Source of the DNA: Deltaproteobacteria bacterium
Lineage (GTDB): Bacteria > CG2-30-53-67
Reading direction: 5' to 3'
DNA: 64,000 nt
Assembly: GCA_013151235.1 (NCBI GenBank)
Contig: JAADIO010000048.1
Span: 23,559-87,558 of the forward strand
The notes below the pieces were generated by a model. It worked only from the letters and a program-made list of their open reading frames with translations, was not told the DNA's origin and searched no databases. The stretch's first letter is position 1. Every line of letters starts with the position of its first letter. Position numbers and translations under genes: made by a program. Below are positions 44,037 through 51,376 of the stretch, piece by piece.

Positions 44037-45089
44037 ATGAATTTTTCAGGCCGTTGTCTGGGGACCGGCATCGGCAGTCTCCCTTTTACCGATGTACAAA
44101 AGGCGTGTGCGATCGTCCGGGAGCATCTTCCCGAGATCCCTTTCTGGCCGCAGCTTCCGAAACTCGGTTTTCGGGAGCAGATGGTCCCGCAGTATTCCGA
44201 GGCCTTCCCCGGCATCGTCATCGACCTGGAGAGAGAAAAGATTTCCGTGGATTCCAATCGGGCGTTGGCGGAGCTGGAACGCTTCTATGAAAAGGAAATG
44301 GCGGGGGAGGCGGATCACTTCCGGCTCTCCCCGGACTATGCCGCAGGTTTGACCCCCTTTATCGAGGGGCTGCGGGAGGAACGACCGTCGGAGCTGATCT
44401 GTACCAAGGGGCATGTCACCGGTCCGGTAACCTTCGGATTCTCCGTAAAGGACGAAGAGGGGAGGGCGATCTTTTACGATCCCAACCTGCAGGATGCCGT
44501 CGTCCGCCTGATCGCCATGAAGGCGCTCTACCAGATTGAACGGCTCAGGGAATTCCATGTACCCACGATCATCTTTATGGATGAGCCCTATATGGCGGCC
44601 TTCGGGACCACGGGGATGAACGTCGGCCGGGAGGAGGTCGTGCAGTCTCTCAACGGAGTGGTGAAACGGATTGGTGATGCGGGCGGGATTGCCGGGGTTC
44701 ACTGCTGCGGAAATACCGACTGGTCCCTCCTTTTTGAAACGGATGTTGATATCGTAAATTTCGATGCCTATGATTTCATGGACCGGATGGCCCTCTACCC
44801 CGAAGCGGTCAAGGCCTTCTTGAACAGGGGGGGCAATCTTGCCTGGGGGATCGTGCCCACCTCTGCGGCCGTTCGGGAAGAGACGGCTGAATCCCTTGCA
44901 GGTCGGTTCCGGAATGGGTATGACAAACTGGTTTCTCTCGGTGTCGATGCCCGACGATTACGGACCCAATGTCTGGTGACGCCGGCCTGCGGATTGGGGA
45001 GCCTCTCCGAAGCGGATGCCCTCCGGGCCCTCGGCCTCGTCCGGGATCTTTCCCTGCATCTCCGGTCGGAGTTCGGATCGGCGGGGTAG
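44037..45089 (+). CDS. Short MetE-like / URO-D-like TIM-barrel protein (candidate core methionine synthase)
   Basis: 350 aa. VHCCGN and VTPACGLG resemble the zinc-ligand motifs of the cobalamin-independent methionine synthase C-terminal domain. Confidence 0.55.
   Translation: MNFSGRCLGTGIGSLPFTDVQKACAIVREHLPEIPFWPQLPKLGFREQMVPQYSEAFPGIVIDLEREKISVDSNRALAELERFYEKEMAGEADHFRLSPDYAAGLTPFIEGLREERPSELICTKGHVTGPVTFGFSVKDEEGRAIFYDPNLQDAVVRLIAMKALYQIERLREFHVPTIIFMDEPYMAAFGTTGMNVGREEVVQSLNGVVKRIGDAGGIAGVHCCGNTDWSLLFETDVDIVNFDAYDFMDRMALYPEAVKAFLNRGGNLAWGIVPTSAAVREETAESLAGRFRNGYDKLVSLGVDARRLRTQCLVTPACGLGSLSEADALRALGLVRDLSLHLRSEFGSAG
45043..45089 (+). repeat. Left copy of a 47-nt imperfect direct repeat (3' end of the MetE-like gene)
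   Basis: 38 of 47 nt identical to 47786-47832, including the first 22 nt. Both copies end in a stop codon. Confidence 0.85.
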
Positions 45090-45219
45090 GGGGGGGTATA
45101 AAGTCAAGGTCAAGAGCAATTCACCACGGAGCACACAGAGTTCGAGCGAGAGGTTGGCCTCCCCGCCGACGATTGAGAGCCCTTAACCATAGCGTGCACA
45201 CGGATTGCCTACGTGCTTA

Positions 45220-45492
45220 AAAATAGGGACAGCGACCATTATTATTGACAGCTTTTGGGAAATATGATACATCTTTTTCATGCCAAGAATAGCAAGAGCC
45301 GCAGCCCAGGGATATCCACATCATGTTACACAGCGAGGCAACGACCGTCAGACGGTATTTGAGGATGATGAAGATTTCCTTGTGGCAGCGATGCATTTAT
45401 TCGGAAGATAGGAAAGACGGTTGGCCGAGACTTAATGGCGAGGGGGAGGGGTAGACCACGAAAAGGCAAATAATGGTCGCTGTCCCTATTTT
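45220..45492. mobile_element. REP pair flanking a RAYT gene remnant
   Basis: Perfect 24-bp inverted repeat AAAATAGGGACAGCGACCATTATT (45220-45243 versus 45469-45492). Confidence 0.75.
45280..45411 (+). pseudogene. Truncated Y1 (IS200-like/RAYT) transposase, N-terminal 43 codons only
   Basis: MPRIARAAAQGYPHHVTQRGNDRQTVFEDDEDF then a stop. It parallels the N-terminus of the full RAYT at 46793. Confidence 0.6.
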
Positions 45493-45599
45493 ATGCCCCT
45501 GTACGTTGGGAGACTGAGGTATTAGCAAACTGTGCTGCCCCAGGCGTTACAGCGGGGTAACGGAAAGTGCCTTCTTGAAAATCTATAACCGGAGAGATT

Positions 45600-46559
45600 A
45601 TGAAAAATAATTTGAAGTCATTGAGCCATCAGTTGACCGATCAAATCAATGCACAACGAGGGGGCGGCGGAAAATGGCCGTCGCATTTCGATTATACGGT
45701 TGACCTTGAGAACCGCCGGATCACCCTGGATGCTCGCAAAAAAATCAATAAGTCGGGTTACCGCTGCTTAGACTCCTGGGGTATGGCTCTTTTTCACTAT
45801 GTATGCAATGACCAGCATCAAGAGATCAGGGAAATCCGGTTTTGTATCAACAAGAATGGATCAGCACGGGAACCGAATACCGAGGCCTTCAAACGAAGGG
45901 TTTCGTTTCTTTCCATCAATAACGAGGAGATTGATTTCAGGGTCATTCATAATCACCGTCAGATCGGTCTCTACTCCAGGAAAGAGCTTTTTGAGAGGCC
46001 GGCGAATGAAAAGATACACACTGTCTTGAACAAGAGAGGAGATGATGACAGGGGAGAGCGGATTGAAAAAGATTTCCAGACTTTCTTGTTCGGGAAAGGT
46101 CTCAAAACCAGAACGAATGACCGGCTTGCAATATTGGGGGAGCATTTCTTCCTGTTAAAGAAGAAAAAGTATGGGGTTCTGAGGGAGTTCCCGACGGGCG
46201 TATTCCTGGACAGCGTTTCCAAGCTCAACATGATCATGCCCACTGAATTTGTCGATATCGTGACGCTCAACCGCAGAGGATATTTGTCTGTGATCGAATT
46301 GAAATTGGACGATGTGAAATTGGAAGTCATGTCGCAACTGTTGGACTATGCGCTCTATTTCGCTTGTTACAGAAAGGAAATTCTGAAGCTCCTGGGAAAA
46401 TATTCAGAGATCAGACCGAAGAGAAAGATGATCATGTGCTATGTGGTAAACAATCGGTTCCATCCACGGTTCGATGACGTCTTTCGCTATTACAGCACCA
46501 AAAACAAATCCTACAGCTTCAGAATCTTTAAGGTCGTATTGGGAGACACATGTGAGTGA
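45600..46559 (+). CDS. Hypothetical protein with C-terminal PD-(D/E)xK (NucS/RecB-like) nuclease motif
   Basis: 319 aa. About 40-45% GC by hand count. EFVDIV-x11-SVIELK-x11-QLLDY (D219, E233, K235). The N-terminal 150 aa are unassigned. Confidence 0.55.
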   Translation: MKNNLKSLSHQLTDQINAQRGGGGKWPSHFDYTVDLENRRITLDARKKINKSGYRCLDSWGMALFHYVCNDQHQEIREIRFCINKNGSAREPNTEAFKRRVSFLSINNEEIDFRVIHNHRQIGLYSRKELFERPANEKIHTVLNKRGDDDRGERIEKDFQTFLFGKGLKTRTNDRLAILGEHFFLLKKKKYGVLREFPTGVFLDSVSKLNMIMPTEFVDIVTLNRRGYLSVIELKLDDVKLEVMSQLLDYALYFACYRKEILKLLGKYSEIRPKRKMIMCYVVNNRFHPRFDDVFRYYSTKNKSYSFRIFKVVLGDTCE

Positions 46560-46761
46560 TGCAAAGATCAAAAACGACTATGCCGAATACATAGCCCGGT
46601 TGACTCGGCAATTGTGGGCCTATCAGCAAAGCCATTTCCCCCGGTGGGAAGAGTATCTTGAAAAGCCCGAAGATGGTACAGGCAGGCCGCCTGTGTTTCT
46701 CAAGGAGAAAGCCGAGGGGAACGGAACCTCTTGGGGTCAGACTTTGTTGTTTTTATATTGA
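46552..46761 (+). CDS. Short ORF, probably the 5' remnant of a gene truncated by the REP/RAYT element
   Basis: GTG overlaps the upstream stop (GTGAGTGA). The last codons (WGQTLLFLY-stop) are encoded by the left REP. Confidence 0.3.
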   Translation: MSDAKIKNDYAEYIARLTRQLWAYQQSHFPRWEEYLEKPEDGTGRPPVFLKEKAEGNGTSWGQTLLFLY

Positions 46762-47777
46762 CACCGGCATACGAATCTGTTATCGATTTACAATGGCCAG
46801 GAAACCTCGGGTACAATATCAGGGAGCTTTCTATCATGTTATTGCCAGGGGCAATCAGCGTCAAAAGGTCTTCCTTGATGACGAAGATTACCAGCAGTAC
46901 CGGAACCGCCTGATCACCTACCAGAAACGCTATTGCTGTACGTTCTATGCTTACGTCCTTATGTCAAACCATGTTCATCTGTTGATTGAACAGGGGGAAA
47001 CAGACCTATCCAAAATCATGCAAGGGCTTCAGCAAAGTTACACCATGTACTTCAACAAAAAGTACGGCAAGACAGGTCATCTCTTTCAAGGAAGATACAA
47101 AGCCATCATCTGTGACAGGGATGCCTATCTGTTAGAACTGATCCGGTATATACATCTGAATCCTGTTCGAGCGGGAATTACAAAGTTGCCGGACGACTAT
47201 ATCTGGAGTAGCCACCATGCATATCTCTCAGGGAGGTCCTCGTTTTGGCTTGAAGTAGAAATGCCGCTGGCCTGTTTGGCGAAGAGCAGAAAGAAAGCGG
47301 TTTCTTTATATAAGGATTTTATCAATGTTGCAGTAAACGATGGGTATAGAGAAGACCTCTATGAAGTCAAAGAACAGCGTTATCTTGGAGAAGACAAATT
47401 TGTAGAAAAGTTAGAGAAGCGGTTTGTCAGGGGAAAACCAATACGTTTTCCTGTTGCTCTGGACATGGATGCACTTGTTGTGAAGATCGGAAGGTCTTTC
47501 AAGGTGCCCGTTGGGAGGATAATGGACCACACTCGAAGCAGAGATGCTGCATTGTGCAGAGCTGTGACGGCCTATGTTGCGAAGGAAGTGGGAAGCATTA
47601 CTTTGGGGGAGGTGGCACGCTACTTTGCTCGGGACCCGGTGTCCATAAGTATCGGGGTGAGAAAGCTCAGAGAGAGGTTAGAAGATGATGCTGAACTTGC
47701 TGCACAAATGAATAGGATAGAGAAGTCTTTAAGAAAAGGGCGGCGAGTAAAATATAAAATTAGCAAAGTCTGACCCC
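46733..47777 (+). mobile_element. RAYT gene flanked by inverted REP sequences
   Basis: GGGGTCAGACTTTG (46733-46746) and CAAAGTCTGACCCC (47764-47777). The inverted repeat extends to about 27 bp. Confidence 0.78.
46793..47773 (+). CDS. REP-associated tyrosine transposase (IS200/Y1-like) with C-terminal DnaA-C-like HTH
   Basis: YHVIARGNQRQKVF, MSNHVHLLI (HUH) and YIHLNPVRAG. The C-terminus TLGEVARYFARDPVSISIGVRKL resembles the DnaA domain IV HTH. Confidence 0.8.
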   Translation: MARKPRVQYQGAFYHVIARGNQRQKVFLDDEDYQQYRNRLITYQKRYCCTFYAYVLMSNHVHLLIEQGETDLSKIMQGLQQSYTMYFNKKYGKTGHLFQGRYKAIICDRDAYLLELIRYIHLNPVRAGITKLPDDYIWSSHHAYLSGRSSFWLEVEMPLACLAKSRKKAVSLYKDFINVAVNDGYREDLYEVKEQRYLGEDKFVEKLEKRFVRGKPIRFPVALDMDALVVKIGRSFKVPVGRIMDHTRSRDAALCRAVTAYVAKEVGSITLGEVARYFARDPVSISIGVRKLRERLEDDAELAAQMNRIEKSLRKGRRVKYKISKV

Positions 47778-47785
47778 AGGACTTG

Positions 47786-47832
47786 GGGATCTTTCCCTGC
47801 ATCTCCGTGCGGAGTTCAGCCCGGCGGATTGA
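47786..47832 (+). repeat. Right copy of the 47-nt direct repeat
   Basis: Encodes GDLSLHLRAEFSPAD-stop, versus RDLSLHLRSEFGSAG-stop in the left copy. Confidence 0.85.
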
Positions 47833-47882
47833 TGCCGCACCCTGAATCTTCATCTTCATTTTTTTTCCAGAACGAAATATTC

Positions 47883-47911
47883 TTGACATCCGTTTTGGAA
47901 CATGGTCTAAT
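47883..47911 (+). promoter_or_regulatory. Sigma-70-like promoter (TTGACA-N17-TCTAAT) upstream of the csp leader
   Basis: Perfect -35 at 47883-47888; weaker -10 at 47906-47911. Confidence 0.4.
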
Positions 47912-47962
47912 GCCGTGCAAGTAGAGGGTTGTGCAGACTTATCATCGTGAATTGGTAACATG

Positions 47963-47993
47963 AAAGCCGCCCGATTATACGGGTGGTTTTTTT
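47963..47993 (+). terminator. Intrinsic-terminator-like hairpin within the csp 5' region
   Basis: GCCGCCCG-ATTATA-CGGGTGGT followed by seven T. It lies between the predicted promoter and the ATG at 48059. Confidence 0.55.
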
Positions 47994-48058
47994 CCCACTG
48001 AACGGTTGAGGTTGCACATGGATTTACGGTTTGGATCCTGAGAGGAAAAGGAGAAGAG

Positions 48059-48259
48059 ATGTCAGAAGGAACAGTAAAGTGGTTTAACGACGGCAAGGGG
48101 TATGGTTTCATTGAACAGGAAGATGGTCCTGATGTGTTTGTCCATTTTTCCGCCATCCAGGAAGAGGGGTTCAAAACTCTGGAAGAAGGTCAGCGGGTGA
48201 GTTTTGACGTGAGCGAAGGACAGAAAGGGCCCCAGGCCTCGAATGTCGTCCGCCTGTAA
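48059..48259 (+). CDS. cspA: Cold-shock domain protein
   Basis: 66 aa. [15 protein letters not shown] (RNP1) and VFVHFSAI (RNP2). Confidence 0.95.
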   Translation: MSEGTVKWFNDGKGYGFIEQEDGPDVFVHFSAIQEEGFKTLEEGQRVSFDVSEGQKGPQASNVVRL

Positions 48260-48281
48260 ATTATTCCATCATTGTCAATCC

Positions 48282-48321
48282 AAAAGCTCCATGAGTGATC
48301 ATGGAGCTTTTTTTGTTTTTT
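48282..48321 (+). terminator. Rho-independent terminator of csp
   Basis: Perfect 9-bp stem GCTCCATGA/TCATGGAGC, 4-nt loop, then TTTTTTTGTTTTTT. Confidence 0.85.
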
Positions 48322-48373
48322 GATGAGGAATGGTGTACTATAATTTTTCCGGTTTTTCGGGAGAGCGTGCAGG

Positions 48374-49339
48374 ATGTCGTACAAGCGCAGGTTGCAGAAG
48401 ATGATCTTGTCCAGGGTGGTTTTGTTCGGGTGTCTCGGCATGCTGGTCGTCCTGTTTGCTTGTCATCCGGCAAACGAAAACGAAGCGAATTTACAGCAGA
48501 TCCGGGTGGTGGCCAGCATCTACCCTCTTGCGGATTTTGTCCGGAATGTGGGTGGAGACCGGGTTGTGGTCATGACACTGCTGCCGCCGGGGGCAAGTCC
48601 CCATGTTTTCTCTCCCGCGCCGAGGGATCTTGCAAAAATATCCGGCGCCCGGCTTTTCGTGAAGATCGGTTTGGGGTTCGAGTTCTGGGCGGAAGGTTTT
48701 CTGCCGTCTGAAACGGTCGGTTCCCTTGAAGTTGTGGACACCTCCCGGGGCATCAGGACCCTGGACGGTGCGGTCGGGCAACCGAACGGCGGGCGGATTG
48801 CCAATCCCCATCTCTGGCTGGACCCGTTACGTGCCATGGAGCAGGTGGGGCGGATTCGGGATGCGCTCATCCGGATCGATCCCGCACACAGGATGGAGTA
48901 TGAAAAGAATACGCGTGCCTACCTGGCGCAATTGCAACAGCTTGATCGGGAGATCCGGGCGACGGTCGCAACCTTTCCGAAACGTCTCTTTGTTGCGATC
49001 CATCCCTCCTGGCGTTATTTTGCCCGCCGCTATGGACTGCCGGAAGGGGGGGTGATTGAGAAAACGCCGGGGAAAGAACCGACGCCGACGGAGTTGATCC
49101 GGATGGTTCAACGAATTCGGAAGGCGGGGGGGGCGGTGATCGTCGCAGAACCGCAGTTAAATGACAAAGCCGCCCGTGTTCTGGCGGCGGAGACAGGCGC
49201 TGTGATCGTCCGGATGGACCCCCTCGGCACACCCGGGGATGCAGAGCGATCAACCTATCTGAAACTGATGCGCTACAATCTGAGTCATCTGAAACGAGGT
49301 TACCTGACCGTTGTGGATTTCGGGGGAGGTGCCGGGTGA
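48374..49339 (+). CDS. Metal ABC transporter substrate-binding lipoprotein (ZnuA/TroA family)
   Basis: Lipobox LFAC. ASIYPLADFVRNVGGDRV and LLPPGASPHVF blocks. Confidence 0.8.
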   Translation: MSYKRRLQKMILSRVVLFGCLGMLVVLFACHPANENEANLQQIRVVASIYPLADFVRNVGGDRVVVMTLLPPGASPHVFSPAPRDLAKISGARLFVKIGLGFEFWAEGFLPSETVGSLEVVDTSRGIRTLDGAVGQPNGGRIANPHLWLDPLRAMEQVGRIRDALIRIDPAHRMEYEKNTRAYLAQLQQLDREIRATVATFPKRLFVAIHPSWRYFARRYGLPEGGVIEKTPGKEPTPTELIRMVQRIRKAGGAVIVAEPQLNDKAARVLAAETGAVIVRMDPLGTPGDAERSTYLKLMRYNLSHLKRGYLTVVDFGGGAG

Positions 49340-50130
49340 CAAAGGAACGGAAGGTCGTTGTCGAAACCCGTCACCTCCATGTTGCCATCAACGGTTGTGC
49401 CGTACTGAAGGATGTGAATCTGCGTCTCCTTGAAAACTCCTTTACCGGTCTCATCGGTCCCAACGGGGGAGGGAAGACTACCCTCCTTCGAACCTTGCTC
49501 GGTTTAATTCGTCCGGAGAGCGGGGAAGTCCTTGTTGAAGGACAACGACTCGGGACGGGCAGGAAAGGTGCCTGGGTGATGGGGTACGTTCCGCAACAGA
49601 TCCGGATCGACAGGCGGTTTCCCCTTTCCGTACTCGATGCAGTTGTCATGGGGCGTTACGGGACGATCGGACTGGGGCGCCGTGCCGGTCGCAGGGATCG
49701 GGAAATCGCTCTCGACTGTCTTGATCGTGTCGGTCTGGTACACTTGGCCCGCGTCCGGATCGGCGATCTTTCCGGAGGGGAACAGCAGCGTGTTTTTATT
49801 GCCCGCGCCCTTTCCGCCTCTCCGAAGGTCTTGATTCTTGATGAACCGATGGCGGCCGTCGATGTGGCGGCACAGGACGGTTTTTACCGTCTGATCAAAA
49901 AGTTACAGCAGAGCTATTCCCTGACCGTGGTCATGGCAACCCATGACATCGGGGTTGTACCGATTTACTGTGACGCCATTGCCTGCCTCAACCGGACGCT
50001 CCATCTTCACGGTCGTCCGGAGGAGATCCTGAAGAATGAGGTTTTCAAAAAGCTCTACGGGTCGGAAGTGGAAGTGGTGATGCACGGAAAGCTTCCCCAC
50101 CGGATGATCGGAGGCCATCCGCATGGCTGA
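49336..50130 (+). CDS. Metal ABC transporter ATP-binding protein (ZnuC-like)
   Basis: GPNGGGKTT, LSGGEQQR and LILDEP. GTGA overlap with the upstream stop. Confidence 0.87.
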   Translation: MTKERKVVVETRHLHVAINGCAVLKDVNLRLLENSFTGLIGPNGGGKTTLLRTLLGLIRPESGEVLVEGQRLGTGRKGAWVMGYVPQQIRIDRRFPLSVLDAVVMGRYGTIGLGRRAGRRDREIALDCLDRVGLVHLARVRIGDLSGGEQQRVFIARALSASPKVLILDEPMAAVDVAAQDGFYRLIKKLQQSYSLTVVMATHDIGVVPIYCDAIACLNRTLHLHGRPEEILKNEVFKKLYGSEVEVVMHGKLPHRMIGGHPHG

Positions 50131-50980
50131 AATCTTTTCCTACGGATTTATGCAGAAAGCGTTGATGGCCGGCGCCATGGTCAGTGTGATCTGCTCCCTG
50201 ATCTCTTTTTTTGTCCTCGTGAACCGTCTCTCCTTTATCGGCGTCGGGATTTCCCATGCATCTTTCGGCGGTGTGGCCATCGGTGTCGCCTTGGGTGTGG
50301 ATCCCACACTGTCGGCAATTCTCTTTGCGGTCCTGACCGCCTGGCTGATCGGTCTCGTCAGCCGAAAGGGGATGCTCCATGAGGATACGACGATCGGGAT
50401 CTTCTACGCCGCCGCCATGGCCCTGGGGGTCGTGATTATCGGACTTTCAAAAGGATACAACGTCGATCTTTTCGGTTATCTCTTCGGAAATATTCTGGCC
50501 GTTACCCGGCAGGATTTGTGGCTGATCCTGTTTCTGGGGCTTTCCGTGATCGGGCTTTTGGCCTTCTTTTTCAAAGAGCTTCTCTACATCAGTTTTGATG
50601 AAGAGTCCGCCCAGGTGAGTGGTGTCCCGGTGACCTTTCTCTATTATCTTCTCCTGACCCTCATGGCGGTGACCATCGTCATTTCCATGAAGGTCGTAGG
50701 GATCATTCTCGTTTCGGCGCTTCTGGTGATTCCCGCTGCCGCCGCCTATGAAGTCAGCGGTGATTTCCGAACCGTTCTCATTGTTTCCGTCTGCATCGGT
50801 CTCCTCTCCGCCCTGGGCGGTCTTTTCCTTTCCGTCCGGTTGAATACCGCCTCCGGTGCTACGATTGTCCTCCTTGCGGCTGCGATATTTCTGGTCTTTT
50901 TCATGTTCCGGTTTCTCCGGGACCGTTTTTTCAGTTTTTCTTCCGGGACCCGGTGTGCGGTGGAGAAGAATGGGGACTGA
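50123..50980 (+). CDS. Metal ABC transporter permease (ZnuB-like)
   Basis: 285-aa polytopic protein. Overlaps the ATPase stop. Confidence 0.85.
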   Translation: MAEIFSYGFMQKALMAGAMVSVICSLISFFVLVNRLSFIGVGISHASFGGVAIGVALGVDPTLSAILFAVLTAWLIGLVSRKGMLHEDTTIGIFYAAAMALGVVIIGLSKGYNVDLFGYLFGNILAVTRQDLWLILFLGLSVIGLLAFFFKELLYISFDEESAQVSGVPVTFLYYLLLTLMAVTIVISMKVVGIILVSALLVIPAAAAYEVSGDFRTVLIVSVCIGLLSALGGLFLSVRLNTASGATIVLLAAAIFLVFFMFRFLRDRFFSFSSGTRCAVEKNGD

Positions 50981-51010
50981 AAAGATCTTCTGCGGTTTTG
51001 ATCACCAGCG

Positions 51011-51277
51011 TTACATCAAACAACCGACAACCTGCCCTTCGTGGGTCCCCCCGTCATCGGCCCGCATACGGGTGAAGCGATTCGGCCCGTTGAAGATTCT
51101 TATCCCATTTTCGTAGGCTGCCTTTTCTTCATGGGTGAGCCAGATCACCCCGGGGTTGTTGCATCGACCGCAGATCAGCGCCGTATCGGGGTAGCCGACC
51201 GGTTTTACATAAGCCACATATTCCTGTTTCCTTCCCCGGGGCCAGCAGTGGACCTCGATACACCTGCAAATTGACAT
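51011..51277 (-). CDS. Small Cys-rich hypothetical protein
   Basis: 88 aa from an ATG preceded by AGGAGG. Cysteines in CRC, HC and CGRC arrangements. Confidence 0.5.
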   Translation of the reverse strand: MSICRCIEVHCWPRGRKQEYVAYVKPVGYPDTALICGRCNNPGVIWLTHEEKAAYENGIRIFNGPNRFTRMRADDGGTHEGQVVGCLM

Positions 51278-51376
51278 TCTTGCCTCCTTGACAGAAATAT
51301 CCTGCACTGATATTTTGGTGCAAAGATACAAATAACGATACAGGCTTTCATATTGTATATCATGAAAGGAGAGGGG

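Noticed and set aside
47620-48174. 184-aa minus-strand ORF spanning the RAYT 3' end, the right direct repeat and the csp leader and start
   Set aside because: It crosses several independent elements, including the csp coding start on the other strand, and has no motifs or SD.
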